From positions 1 to 45,682 of IMG/VR virus record IMGVR_UViG_3300050196_000504: 45,682 nucleotides of DNA. One strand, 5' to 3'. The notes beneath the pieces are model-generated. The model worked only from the letters and a program-made list of their open reading frames with translations. It ran no database searches and was not told where the DNA came from. Numbering within the stretch: position 1 is the first letter of the stretch; the number at the start of each line of letters is the position of its first letter. The stretch comes from a virus. Lineage: Duplodnaviria > Caudoviricetes. The position numbers were made by a program, and so were the translations under genes. This document shows positions 22,737 to 32,869 of the stretch, in pieces.

Positions 22737-23964
22737 ATTTTTCCAGTTGCCTGACAAATATCCCGCCTTCGTTGGTGGGTTTGGTACCGGCAAAACAGAG
22801 GCGCTGGCGATGTGCGCGACACGCGACGCCCTGTCGTCAGCCGACGCGCTTGTGGCCCTGTACGAACCGACATATGACCTGGTTCGGCTTATTCTTGCCC
22901 CCCGGATGGAGGAAAAGCTGTCCGATCTGGGTATCCGCTACCGATACAACAAGTCGGAAAACATCATCTACACCGCCAATGGCGGTTGTGGAGACTTCAT
23001 TCTGCGTACCCTTGATAATCCGGCGCGCATCATTGGCTATGAGTCATATAGGGCACACGTAGACGAGATCGACACGCTAAAAAAATCACAGGCCGCGCTG
23101 GCCTGGCGCAAGATCATTGCTCGAAATCGCCAGATACCAAACGGGCTGAATGACTCGTTTAATCGGGTGAGCGTCTACACCACGCCAGAGGGTTTCCAGT
23201 TCGTTTATGAGACATGGGGTCGTAATCCGAAGCCGGGTTATGCGATGGTTCAGGCCCCGACACGGACAAATCCATTTCTACCCCCTGACTATATCGATTC
23301 ACTCCGCGCCAGCTACCCGCCGCAACTTATTGAGGCGTACCTAGAGGGGCGGTTTGTCAATCTGAATAGCGGGGCTGTTTACGCGAACTTCGACCGCAAA
23401 CTGAACCACTCTAGCGCAGAGATGCGTCCCGGAGAGCCGCTACACATCGGCATGGATTTTAACGTGCTGCACATGGCCGCAGTGGTTTATGTTGTTCGCG
23501 ACGGCAATCCTATTGCAGTTGATGAGCTGGTAGATGTCCGAGATACACCGGAAATGGCGCAGATGATCACTGAGCGATGGAAAAACACCGGACACGCAAT
23601 CACTATCTATCCCGATGCGTCCGGACAGAACACGAGCAGCAAAAGTGCGTCCGAATCTGATCTTTCGATACTCAGACAGGCCGGATTTACGCTGAGCGTG
23701 GGGTCGCAAAATCCTGCAGTAAAAGACCGTGTGCTATCGATGAACGCCATGCTGCTAAACGGGCAGGGCGAGCGCCGCATGCTGGTCAATACACACCGGT
23801 GCCCAAAATTTACCGAGGGCCTGGAGCAGCAGGCGTACGACAAAAACGGGGAGCCTGACAAATCAAGCGGCGTTGACCACGTTAACGACGCTGGCGGTTA
23901 TCCCATTGTCCGCTTGTTCCCAATCGTGAAGCGCACGACGAAACAACAATCACTCCGCATGTAA
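22696..23964 (+). CDS. terL: terminase large subunit
   Basis: Walker A GGFGTGKT, Walker B HVDEID, TTPEG, GMDFN, YPDASG, DHVNDAGGY nuclease domain. Confidence 0.95.
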   Translation: MREIRMTMTEPQARFFQLPDKYPAFVGGFGTGKTEALAMCATRDALSSADALVALYEPTYDLVRLILAPRMEEKLSDLGIRYRYNKSENIIYTANGGCGDFILRTLDNPARIIGYESYRAHVDEIDTLKKSQAALAWRKIIARNRQIPNGLNDSFNRVSVYTTPEGFQFVYETWGRNPKPGYAMVQAPTRTNPFLPPDYIDSLRASYPPQLIEAYLEGRFVNLNSGAVYANFDRKLNHSSAEMRPGEPLHIGMDFNVLHMAAVVYVVRDGNPIAVDELVDVRDTPEMAQMITERWKNTGHAITIYPDASGQNTSSKSASESDLSILRQAGFTLSVGSQNPAVKDRVLSMNAMLLNGQGERRMLVNTHRCPKFTEGLEQQAYDKNGEPDKSSGVDHVNDAGGYPIVRLFPIVKRTTKQQSLRM

Positions 23965-23995
23965 TGCCTGTATGCGGTTTTTTTATAGGTCTCCC

Positions 23996-25378
23996 ATGTC
24001 AAATGACGTTCGAACTCCATCGCAGACCGTAGAGGCAATGGCCGACAACTGGCCGATCGTAAATGCCCTGCTGGGTGGAACGGCTTCGATGCGGGCAGCC
24101 GGTAAAAAATTCTTGCCACAATGGCCGTTTGAGAGCGATCAGTCATATCTGTCTCGATTGCGCACGGCAACGATTTTCCCCGCATTTGCACGTACGATAG
24201 ATGTTCTATGCGGTAAGCCTTTCAGCAAGCCGCTGACCCTGGGTGACGATGTTCCTGAAAAAATCAGACCTTGGCTGGACGACGTTGATCTGCAGGGTCG
24301 AAATCTCCATGCGTTCGCTGCTAGCCTCTGCGAGGCCGCACTATCGCACGGCCTTGCGGGAATTCTGGTCGATTATCCATGCGCAGATGGCCTCAGGACC
24401 GTGGCGGAGGAGGTGTCTGCCGGCGTTCGGCCCTATTTCGTCCAGCTGAGGGTGGAAGACATCATCGGTTGGCGCGTTCGAGTTGAGCGTGGGTCGTCTG
24501 TGCTGGTGCAGCTGCGATTTGTGGAACGCATCACGGAATATGATGGTGAGTTCGGGGAGCAGATTATAGAGCAGGTGCGCGTACTGTACCCAGGTCGGTG
24601 GCAGGTGTGGCGCGAGGCACGAACAGACCGTGGCGAGGTGGAATGGCAGCTACATAGCGAGGGCGCGACATCTCTGCAGAAAATCCCGTTTGTTCCTGTG
24701 TATGGCACGCGCTGTGGGTTTATGACCGGCTCTCCGCCTCTGATTGAGCTGGCGCATCTGAATGTTGAGCACTGGCAATCAAAAAGCGACCAACAATCAA
24801 TCCTACACGTAGCCAGGGTCCCGATTCTTTTTGGGCGAAATCTGGGCGATAGCCCGATAGTTGTTGGGGCTGGGTCTGCTGTAACAACGGATAACGCAGA
24901 GTCAGACCTCAAATACGTTGAGCATACCGGCGCGGCTATTGAGGCCGGGCGCAGGTCAATTCTCGATCTAGAGGATGCGATGCGCCAGATCGGGGCCGAG
25001 CTACTCGTTATCAAGCCAGGCAACACCACTGTCGCACAGACGGTGGCTGACAACGAACCGGGAATGTGCGCTCTGCAGAGGATTGTCCAGGACGAGGAGG
25101 ACGCGCTGGATGCCGCCATGCAGCTCATGGCCGAGTGGGTTGGGCTTCCAAGCGGCGGTCATGTTCAGATTTATCAGGATTTCGGGGTTGCCACGCTGGC
25201 GGAAGCATCGCTGGAACTGCTGCGAGATATGAACCTGGATGGCACTTTCTCTGATGAATCGTTGTTTGCAGAGGCCCAGCGTCGAGGGGTGATCCGGCCA
25301 GAGATCAAATGGGCAGATGAGAAACTGCGCATCGCACAGAACTCCCCTAAACCCGGGGCCGTTCAGTTATCAGATTAA
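23996..25378 (+). CDS. portal protein (DUF4055 type)
   Basis: LLGGT.SMRAAG..FLPQWP.E...Y..RL, PPL.ELAHLNVEHWQ..SD. Position after TerL. Confidence 0.9.
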   Translation: MSNDVRTPSQTVEAMADNWPIVNALLGGTASMRAAGKKFLPQWPFESDQSYLSRLRTATIFPAFARTIDVLCGKPFSKPLTLGDDVPEKIRPWLDDVDLQGRNLHAFAASLCEAALSHGLAGILVDYPCADGLRTVAEEVSAGVRPYFVQLRVEDIIGWRVRVERGSSVLVQLRFVERITEYDGEFGEQIIEQVRVLYPGRWQVWREARTDRGEVEWQLHSEGATSLQKIPFVPVYGTRCGFMTGSPPLIELAHLNVEHWQSKSDQQSILHVARVPILFGRNLGDSPIVVGAGSAVTTDNAESDLKYVEHTGAAIEAGRRSILDLEDAMRQIGAELLVIKPGNTTVAQTVADNEPGMCALQRIVQDEEDALDAAMQLMAEWVGLPSGGHVQIYQDFGVATLAEASLELLRDMNLDGTFSDESLFAEAQRRGVIRPEIKWADEKLRIAQNSPKPGAVQLSD

Positions 25379-25386
25379 GCATTACC

Positions 25387-25417
25387 AGCCGCTGACTAAC
25401 CTCAGCGGCTTTTTTAT
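25387..25417 (+). terminator. intrinsic terminator
   Basis: AGCCGCTGA...TCAGCGGCT followed by TTTTTATT. Confidence 0.7.
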
Positions 25418-25485
25418 TGCCGTGACGCGGATGCCAAGCGGCGGACCGGGCCGGATGGCCCATTGAATAGGCAGGATAGCCAAAA

Positions 25486-26277
25486 ATGAAATTGAAGCTC
25501 GATGAGAACGGCCACGTAGTGGTGTCTGACGGGAAGCCGGTTTATGTGCATGAGGACGGAAAGGAAATCGCTTTTGATGCAGCGGCCACCGTTGCAACCA
25601 TTTCCCGACTGAACGGCGAAGCCAAAACCCACCGTGAACGCGCAGAGGCTGCGGAGCAACATGCCAAGGCATTCGAAGGCATCGACGATGCAGAGGCTGC
25701 CCGCAAGGCCCTCGAAGTGCTGAAAAACCTCGATGACAAAAAGCTGGTGGATGCCGGTGAAGTCGAACGGGTTAAGGCCGAGGCTGTGAAAGCCTACGAA
25801 AGCCGCCTGACCGAGCAATCGAAGCGCTACGCGGAGGAACTGCAGGGCATGCAGAAAGAACGCGATGCACTGCAAGGCACGCTGTACGAGGAGCGGATCG
25901 GCGGCGCATTCAATTCGTCGAAGCTCATCGCCGAGAAGCTAACCATCCCGGGCGATATCGCAAAAGCCGCATTCGGAAGCGCGTTCAAGATTGAGGACGG
26001 GAAAACCGTCGCTTACGACGCATCGGGGAACAAGATTTTCTCACGAGAACGGCCAGGCGAAATCGCAGGTTTTGACGAAGCGCTTGCAACTCTCATCGAG
26101 GCATACCCGCACCGCGATCAGATCCTCCGTGGGTCTGGCGCGAGTGGCAGTGGGGCACAAGGGGGCGGGAACGGCTCCGGAATCGGCTCCAAAACCCTCA
26201 ATAGATCCGCTTTTGATGCGTTGCCACCTGACAAACAGATGGCCCACATCAAGTCCGGCGGACAAGTATCCGACTAA
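25486..26277 (+). CDS. capsid scaffolding protein
   Basis: MKLKLDENGHVVVSDGKPVY, coiled coil, Gly-rich linker, precedes the capsid gene. Confidence 0.85.
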   Translation: MKLKLDENGHVVVSDGKPVYVHEDGKEIAFDAAATVATISRLNGEAKTHRERAEAAEQHAKAFEGIDDAEAARKALEVLKNLDDKKLVDAGEVERVKAEAVKAYESRLTEQSKRYAEELQGMQKERDALQGTLYEERIGGAFNSSKLIAEKLTIPGDIAKAAFGSAFKIEDGKTVAYDASGNKIFSRERPGEIAGFDEALATLIEAYPHRDQILRGSGASGSGAQGGGNGSGIGSKTLNRSAFDALPPDKQMAHIKSGGQVSD

Positions 26278-26346
26278 CCACCCACGACATCCAAATGAAC
26301 CCGCGAAAGCGGGTTTTTGCGTTTCTGGGCTCAAGGAATCAATAAA

Positions 26347-27495
26347 TTGGCAAATACTCTCACCGCGCTCATGCCGGATATGTACGACGCGCTGGACGTT
26401 GTGTCTCGTGAACTGGCGGGCTTCATTCCGGCTGTCACCCTGGACGCATCGGCTGATCGCGCCGCAATCGGTCAAAACATCCGCATTCCGATCACCCCCG
26501 CTGCAGCTGCCGAGGACGTCACCCCGGGGCAACTCCCTGCGGATGATGGCGATCAGACTATCACCAACAACGCGCTAATCATCACCAAGTCTCGCACCGT
26601 ACCATTCCGTTGGACCGGTGAAGAGCAAAAGGGTGTCAACTCAGGCCCCGGATACAAAAATATCCGCCGCGATCAGATTGCACAGGCAATGCGCACCCTG
26701 GTGAACGAGGTTGAAGCCGCTCTTGGCGGATTGGCTGTATCGGCATCGCGTGCATACGGCACCGCCGGCACCACGCCGTTTGCCTCTGATCTGTCCGATC
26801 CGGCGAATATCCGCAAGATTATCTCCGACAATGGCGGCTGGTCCAGTGACATGCAGCTGGTCATCGACACCACTGCTGGCGCTAAGGTCCGCTCGCTTGC
26901 GCAACTGACCAAGGCAAACGAATCCGGAACCATTGAACTGCGAGAGCAGGGCACTCTGCTGGATATCCACGGCTTTAAGCTTCGTGAATCCGCCGGCGTG
27001 CAAACCATTGCGGTCGGATCGGTAACCGGCACTGTGACCGCAACTGGTGCCAAGGGGGCGGCATCTGTGACCATCACCACTGCCGCATCGTCCACTGTTG
27101 CAATCCTGGCTGGTGACATCATTACGTTTGCTGGTGATTCCAACAAATATGTTGCCGCTGCTGCGCTGACCGTAGCTGCCTCGTCTACCGGCACCCTGAC
27201 GCTGGTTGACCCCGGCTTGCGCACCACCATTTCTGCTGCGGCCGTTACCGTTGTTGGGGCAGCAACCCGCAACATGGCATTCCCTCGTTCGTCGATCGTT
27301 CTGGCTACTCGTGCCCCGGCTTTGCCGGAAGAAGGTGATATGGCAGCTGACCGAACTCTGATCACCGATCCACGTACCGGCCTGACCTTCGAAGTGGCGA
27401 TGTACCTGCAGTATCGCCGCGTTCGTTACGAGGTCTCGCTGGCATATGGTTTTGCCAACATCAAGCCCCGCCACACCGCGATTCTGCTGGGTTAA
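26347..27495 (+). CDS. major capsid protein (P22 coat-like)
   Basis: TTG start after AAGGA. ANTLTALMPD.Y.ALDVVSRE..GFIPAV, ending KPRHTAILLG. Confidence 0.9.
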   Translation: MANTLTALMPDMYDALDVVSRELAGFIPAVTLDASADRAAIGQNIRIPITPAAAAEDVTPGQLPADDGDQTITNNALIITKSRTVPFRWTGEEQKGVNSGPGYKNIRRDQIAQAMRTLVNEVEAALGGLAVSASRAYGTAGTTPFASDLSDPANIRKIISDNGGWSSDMQLVIDTTAGAKVRSLAQLTKANESGTIELREQGTLLDIHGFKLRESAGVQTIAVGSVTGTVTATGAKGAASVTITTAASSTVAILAGDIITFAGDSNKYVAAAALTVAASSTGTLTLVDPGLRTTISAAAVTVVGAATRNMAFPRSSIVLATRAPALPEEGDMAADRTLITDPRTGLTFEVAMYLQYRRVRYEVSLAYGFANIKPRHTAILLG

Positions 27496-27540
27496 CCAAT
27501 ATGCGGCCATGGTTAACTCCGTGGCCGCCGCGAGGAAATC

Positions 27541-27699
27541 ATGGAAGAAGAAAAACTGATCACTATCGCCAAGCCTGGCGAGCCAAAGCTGCAGATTTTG
27601 TCCGGGTCGCTAGAAGAGCATGAAAAGCTCGGCTGGACATGGGTTGACGACGAAAAACCGTCAAAAAAGAAGTCCGCAAGCACTGACGCAGCCGAATAG
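27541..27699 (+). CDS. small head-associated protein (52 aa)
   Basis: GAGG RBS, MEEEKLITIAKPG...EEHEKLGW. Confidence 0.65.
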   Translation: MEEEKLITIAKPGEPKLQILSGSLEEHEKLGWTWVDDEKPSKKKSASTDAAE

Positions 27700-27707
27700 G
27701 AGGCCCC

Positions 27708-28106
27708 ATGGCACTGACTGCGCAGCAGAATACTGATGTGCGGCGGTATGCCGGCTACCCCTTTCTCGGCGACGTTGCCGTTGATGATTCCCGAGACATG
27801 GCATATGGATGGGTATCGCCAGGCGTGCTGCAGACGCTCAATCACCGATTGGCAAACATGAGCGCAGCCGAGGAGTCGGTCCTGCTTACGACATATCTGA
27901 CGCCACTTTCATCGCTGGAGGCTGCCATCCCGGCTGCTGGTGACAACCTCGACACAGATCAGGCATCCATCTGGACCAGAAACAAAAGTGAAGTGGCAAA
28001 CCGCACTTCGTTGTTTAACCAATGGCGCCGACAAATGTGCGCGTTCATCGGTATTCCGCCTGGGCCGTCACTTGGGAATGGCGGATCAATGATCTCTAGG
28101 TGCTGA
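27708..28106 (+). CDS. head-tail adaptor
   Basis: DVRRYAGYP, WRRQMCAFIGIPPGP; synteny. Confidence 0.7.
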   Translation: MALTAQQNTDVRRYAGYPFLGDVAVDDSRDMAYGWVSPGVLQTLNHRLANMSAAEESVLLTTYLTPLSSLEAAIPAAGDNLDTDQASIWTRNKSEVANRTSLFNQWRRQMCAFIGIPPGPSLGNGGSMISRC

Positions 28107-28107
28107 T

Positions 28108-28752
28108 ATGGACGGTGAGAAGCTTAATGTAAAGGTGTGGGGGGCGTATGCTCGGGCAGCGAAGCGTGTCGGTACCACGTATCAGCTTTTCCGGCCAAGC
28201 GGCGCAACGGTCCCGCTAGTCGCAGCCAACGAGCGATCCAGTCTACCTGTTAGCCTGAATGCGAACGATCCGAAATATGCCCGTCCAAACGTCTACGGCA
28301 TGTCTACGTGGTATGCCGTAGCTGACGGAGCCCAACTCAAAGTATTCGATTACCTGGTGGGCGTTGAGGGCACGTTTTTCGTTGCTGCATTGCAGCAGCT
28401 TTTGCCGATTTTTGTCGTTGACTGCAACCGAACCATCAGCGTTCTGCGCGTCTCAATGGGCGCATCTGCGGGCTTTGTCGGACACGCGGGCGACACGACA
28501 GAAACGGAGGTAACCCTGATGAGCGGCTGGCCTGCCAGCGTGCTGCAGGGGCGAGTTGGCGAGCACAATGAGACAAAGCTCCCGACAGACTCAAAATCCC
28601 CTTGGTGGCAGATCATTCTTCCGTATGTCAATGACGTAGTTATCCGATCATCGGACATTATCACCGATGATTTGTCACGAAAGTATCTCATCTCCAGCGC
28701 CGAACTCACAGATATGGGGTGGCGCATCACAGCAATGCAACAGCAGGCGTAA
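28108..28752 (+). CDS. head closure / neck protein
   Basis: Synteny; C-terminal SAELTDMGWRI. Confidence 0.65.
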   Translation: MDGEKLNVKVWGAYARAAKRVGTTYQLFRPSGATVPLVAANERSSLPVSLNANDPKYARPNVYGMSTWYAVADGAQLKVFDYLVGVEGTFFVAALQQLLPIFVVDCNRTISVLRVSMGASAGFVGHAGDTTETEVTLMSGWPASVLQGRVGEHNETKLPTDSKSPWWQIILPYVNDVVIRSSDIITDDLSRKYLISSAELTDMGWRITAMQQQA

Positions 28753-28754
28753 AT

Positions 28755-29600
28755 ATGGCTGATGTTCAGGACGTGCTTAACACGCTCGCCACTCAAATCG
28801 CCGGGCATCTTTATCCGGATGGAACAAGTTCGGCGAGTGTAACCGGATCAACGATTAAGGTTTGCACGGGCTGGCCTATTCCCAATGTTCTGCAGACCGA
28901 CATAGCAAATGGTATCGCCCACGTGAGCGTATTCCAGTCTCCGGGGGTAGAGCGGAACACCACCCGCTATCAGCCAAAATCACACGTAATGTCGATTGCT
29001 GCAGCAACGATTACGCTCACAGTGAGCGGCAACAAGTTAACGGTCGGCGGCGCAATGCCATCACCGTTTTCCGCACAGAACGTCGCGGCGATCGTGAATG
29101 GCCAGGCGTTCATCTATCCAATCCAGTCATCTGACACGCTGACAAGCATTGCAACCGGATTGGCCACGTTGATCTCTGGGGGATTACCGGGGACGACCAG
29201 CTCTGGCGATGTGATTACGCTGCCAGCTGGAACCTCTGTTCAAGCCGCACGGGTAGGGACAACCGGCACAGTAACCACCGAATGGGAGCGGCAGGAAGAG
29301 CTGTTCATGGTAACCGTATGGGCTCCGGACTCAACAACCAGGGCGACAATCGGGTCCGCGATCAAAACAGCGCTCGCCCCGGTCACATTTCTGACGATGG
29401 TTGATGGATTCGGCGCTCGCATCCAGTACAAAAGCAGCCGGCTGTCTGACGAGAACCAGAACGCTACCATTTACCGCCGTGATCTGAATTACACCATTGA
29501 ATACGCCACGACTGTGACCAAGCAAGTTGCAACTGTCGTTGCGGTCAAAACCACATTTGAAACCGAGGACGGTACTCCGATCCTCTCCCGGAGCTACTGA
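28755..29600 (+). CDS. tail terminator / neck protein
   Basis: MADVQDVLNTL...GWP...YRRDLNYTIEYAT, precedes the sheath gene. Confidence 0.65.
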   Translation: MADVQDVLNTLATQIAGHLYPDGTSSASVTGSTIKVCTGWPIPNVLQTDIANGIAHVSVFQSPGVERNTTRYQPKSHVMSIAAATITLTVSGNKLTVGGAMPSPFSAQNVAAIVNGQAFIYPIQSSDTLTSIATGLATLISGGLPGTTSSGDVITLPAGTSVQAARVGTTGTVTTEWERQEELFMVTVWAPDSTTRATIGSAIKTALAPVTFLTMVDGFGARIQYKSSRLSDENQNATIYRRDLNYTIEYATTVTKQVATVVAVKTTFETEDGTPILSRSY

Positions 29601-29779
29601 TGGCAAACGATACCGAAACCGATGTACAGGATTCTGTGCAGGCAAAAAGCCACGACCTGGTTGTGATCCACCCGTTTGGGAAGTACAGGCGCGGCGACTC
29701 GATCACCGATGACGCCGAAATAGCTGATGTTCTGGCTAGCGAAACCGCTCACCACGTCCGCCGCGTATTCGTCGCCTAA
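29600..29779 (+). CDS. small virion-associated protein (59 aa)
   Basis: TGATG coupling, LVVIHPFGKYRRGDSITD. Confidence 0.6.
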   Translation: MANDTETDVQDSVQAKSHDLVVIHPFGKYRRGDSITDDAEIADVLASETAHHVRRVFVA

Positions 29780-29837
29780 CTCCCTCAACTTTTCGAATCA
29801 AGCCGCCTCCGGGTGGCTTTTTTATGGGTGATTACTC

Positions 29838-31805
29838 ATGATTTATCAGTTTGGCCAACTTAATACTGCTGGCGCAATGGCACCTGGCGTTGACGTTCAG
29901 ATCGTTGCGCCTCCCGCCGTTGTTGCTGGCGTTGCCACAAACGGATACGGGCTCGTCGGTGTTGCGTCATGGGGGCCTGTCAACTCGCCGTTGGTGACTG
30001 GCTCGCCGTCTGCAAATGCTGCGAATTGGGGCAACCAAACCGTGCGGATGCGCGACCTGGCCTCCGCCATTGCAATTGCCCTGCAAATTGGGCAGACAAA
30101 TAACTACGGCGTGCGCGTTACCGATGGCACCGACACAGCTGCGACTGCCCAGCTTCTGGATGGGGCTGGCGTGAATGGCGCGACGATCACCGGCATGTAT
30201 ACCGGCATTCTCGGGAACTCTCTGGCCGCGACTGTTGCCGCTGGCACTCAGGCGAACAGCTATAAACTCACCCTTGCGCTGCCGGGCTTCTCTGGCGAAG
30301 TGTTTGATAACCTCACTCAGGGTGTTGCCAGCGGTACGGTTACCCCCGGCACCGGTTATACATCGACGCCAACGGTCACGATTTCCGCCCCTCAGAATTC
30401 CAGCGGCACGCAGGCAACCGGCTCTGTTTCGATCAAGGCCGTTTCCGCGTCGGTAGGGTCCGGGGGTACCGGTTTCGTCACTGGCGACACCATCACCCTA
30501 TCGAATGGCGTGGTGCTGACGGTTACCGCTGCGAGCGGCGTGATTACCGCGATGACCGTAAAAACGGCTGGCTCAATCTCGGGCGGATCAGCTCCGACGA
30601 ACCCGGTTGCCATGGTTGCAACATCGGGCGCAGGCACTGGTGCCACCGCAAACCTGGTCTGGGGCCTCGGCGTGTACACCCCGAGCGTCATTGGCTCAGG
30701 CTACACATCAGCAACTGCGACTCTGAACGGTGGCGCAGGGACGGGCGGCTCCATCGCTCTTGCTACCAGCGTGTGGCCAAACCTTGTCAGCGCAGTCAAT
30801 AACGGCCAGTCCGGCGTGCGCGCAGCATCACAAATTGCTGTGGCCACGATTGGAACATCAATCGCGGTACCGGCCGCTGCAACATACACCCTATCTGGTG
30901 GTACCGATGGCGCGGCAGGGGTGACAGATTCAACCCTGATTGGGTCGAACACTGCGCCTCCGACCGGCATGTACTGCCATCAATCGACGAACGTCATGAC
31001 CATGAATCTGGTCGATCACGAGACCCCAAGCCACTGGGGGACCATCAGTACGTTCTGCCTTCAGAATGGCATCTTCGGCGGGGTTCAAGAGACCCCGGGT
31101 ACTACCATTGCGACTACCGCCACAGCGATGAATACCGCTGGCGTAGATAGCTATGGCCTGAAGGTGCTGAACGGAGACTGGGTGTACTGGCAGGACACGG
31201 TCAACAACGTGCAGCGACTGCTTGGCCCGGCAACCTTCTGGGGGCCGATGCGCGCCATGTTAGCGCCAAACCAGTCAACCCTGAACAAGGAAATCAGCTG
31301 CCTGATTGGCACTATTCGCAGCGCTGCGAATCAGCCGTATTCTGACGCAGAAGCCCTGGCAGCTTGCAACGGACGACTGGACTATCTGGCGAATCCAAGC
31401 GCCGGCGGCAATTACTTCGGGTTCCAGACCGATCGCAATACATCATCGGCTGCGGCAACGAACTCCGAGTCGTATACCACGATGACAAACTTCCTGGCGC
31501 TGACGCTGGCGGCCAACTACGGGTTCGTTATCGGTAATCCGCAAACCCCTGACCTACGCAAGGAGGTCATTGATTCTCTGTCCGCATTCCTGACTAATCT
31601 CTGGCTTGTAAGCAAGTACATCGGGGACGTAAATAACCCGAAGGCAGTGCCGTTCAAGATCACACTGAACGCCAGCAATAACCCAGATGCGAATGTAACG
31701 CTTGGCGTAATGCAGGCTCTGGTGCAAGTAAAGTACCAAGCCATTGTTCGCACGTTTTTGATTAGCCTGCAGGGCGGTTCTAGCGTTCAAGTAACCGTTC
31801 AGTAA
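29838..31805 (+). CDS. tail sheath protein
   Basis: GLVGVASWGPVN, VRVTDGTD, LSGGTDG and conserved sheath C-terminus. Confidence 0.9.
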   Translation: MIYQFGQLNTAGAMAPGVDVQIVAPPAVVAGVATNGYGLVGVASWGPVNSPLVTGSPSANAANWGNQTVRMRDLASAIAIALQIGQTNNYGVRVTDGTDTAATAQLLDGAGVNGATITGMYTGILGNSLAATVAAGTQANSYKLTLALPGFSGEVFDNLTQGVASGTVTPGTGYTSTPTVTISAPQNSSGTQATGSVSIKAVSASVGSGGTGFVTGDTITLSNGVVLTVTAASGVITAMTVKTAGSISGGSAPTNPVAMVATSGAGTGATANLVWGLGVYTPSVIGSGYTSATATLNGGAGTGGSIALATSVWPNLVSAVNNGQSGVRAASQIAVATIGTSIAVPAAATYTLSGGTDGAAGVTDSTLIGSNTAPPTGMYCHQSTNVMTMNLVDHETPSHWGTISTFCLQNGIFGGVQETPGTTIATTATAMNTAGVDSYGLKVLNGDWVYWQDTVNNVQRLLGPATFWGPMRAMLAPNQSTLNKEISCLIGTIRSAANQPYSDAEALAACNGRLDYLANPSAGGNYFGFQTDRNTSSAAATNSESYTTMTNFLALTLAANYGFVIGNPQTPDLRKEVIDSLSAFLTNLWLVSKYIGDVNNPKAVPFKITLNASNNPDANVTLGVMQALVQVKYQAIVRTFLISLQGGSSVQVTVQ

Positions 31806-31862
31806 CCGTCAACCACAAGAGCCCGCCATGTGCGGGCTTTTTCTATTTCAGGAGCCGCGTAG

Positions 31863-32303
31863 ATGAGCGGAACAAATAGTTTTAACGTCGGGCGCGACGG
31901 TAACCAACTGACGATTATTAGCGCCTCACTCGGGACCATTACCTTCAACGGCATTACCTTGTTCAACATGAAGCCATCCGTTGTGAAGGTGAAAAGTGTC
32001 GGCATTGATGGCCGCATAAAGCACCGCGTTATCCCCGATGGTCACTCTGGCTCCATCGAGCTGGACCGAATGGATGCCTCGTTTGACACTTATTTTGCCG
32101 CTGTTGAGGCCGATTTCTTTGCTGGGCTAGCACCAGATGAAATCTTCCTCACGCAGACCATTCAGGAACTCGACGGAACAACAACTCAGTGGCAGTACCT
32201 TGATGTCGCCATCGCTCCAGAGGACGCGGGGTCATGGAAGGCGCAAGACAAGGTGACCGAGAAGATGATTGTTGAAGCTGGCAGAAAAATCCAACTGGTG
32301 TAA
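31863..32303 (+). CDS. tail tube protein
   Basis: 146 aa after the sheath gene, FNVGRD, IPDGHSGSIELDR. Confidence 0.82.
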   Translation: MSGTNSFNVGRDGNQLTIISASLGTITFNGITLFNMKPSVVKVKSVGIDGRIKHRVIPDGHSGSIELDRMDASFDTYFAAVEADFFAGLAPDEIFLTQTIQELDGTTTQWQYLDVAIAPEDAGSWKAQDKVTEKMIVEAGRKIQLV

Positions 32304-32309
32304 TCGAAA

Positions 32310-32693
32310 ATGGCAAGCAAAGTATCTATTAAACCCGATCGCCAGGAGACCCCTAGCGAGCAGATTGTCAAAAAAGTTGCCGAAGAATTCATTATTGAGG
32401 ATTCAAACGGCAGAAAACTCACCCTCAAAAAACCGGGAATCTTGGCTCAGTACAGGCTGATCGAGATGATGGGCGCGTCTGCAAAAAATGAAGTCTACAT
32501 GGCATGGGTGTTGCCCATCCTGTACGTCATTGCCATCGATGGGAAACCGGTTCCAACGCCCGCACAAAAGAGCCAGGTTGAAGCGCTTATTTCCCGGCTG
32601 GACGATGCCGGCGTTGAAGCGGTCATGCTGGCAATTCAAGAAAAATTCGGCAAACAAGACCCCGAGGCAGACAAAGAAGCCCTAAAAAAGTAG
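32310..32693 (+). CDS. tail assembly chaperone (gpG analogue)
   Basis: Follows the tube gene and ends in slippery A-AAA-AAG before TAG. Confidence 0.8.
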   Translation: MASKVSIKPDRQETPSEQIVKKVAEEFIIEDSNGRKLTLKKPGILAQYRLIEMMGASAKNEVYMAWVLPILYVIAIDGKPVPTPAQKSQVEALISRLDDAGVEAVMLAIQEKFGKQDPEADKEALKK

Positions 32694-32869
32694 TTCAGGC
32701 CGGGCCTATCCGCGAGGCGCTTTGGCTGGTAAAGCACGGCGTACCGTTTGATGTTGCTTTCGAGCTTGACGACGTTACTCGGGCTGGCTGGGCTATCATT
32801 TTTTCGGAAATGGAAGGGCAGGAGTTCGATTTCAACACAATGTCCTTCAAGGAGCGCAAAGATGCGTGA
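32684..32869 (+). CDS. -1 frameshift extension of tail chaperone (gpT analogue)
   Basis: AAAAAAG at 32684-32690. The -1 frame reads VVQAGPIREALWLVKHGVPFDVAFELDD...KDA. Confidence 0.8.
   Translation, partial: KKVVQAGPIREALWLVKHGVPFDVAFELDDVTRAGWAIIFSEMEGQEFDFNTMSFKERKDA

Noticed and set aside
26641-27510. Long minus-strand ORFs over the capsid gene
   Set aside because: Antisense shadows caused by codon bias.
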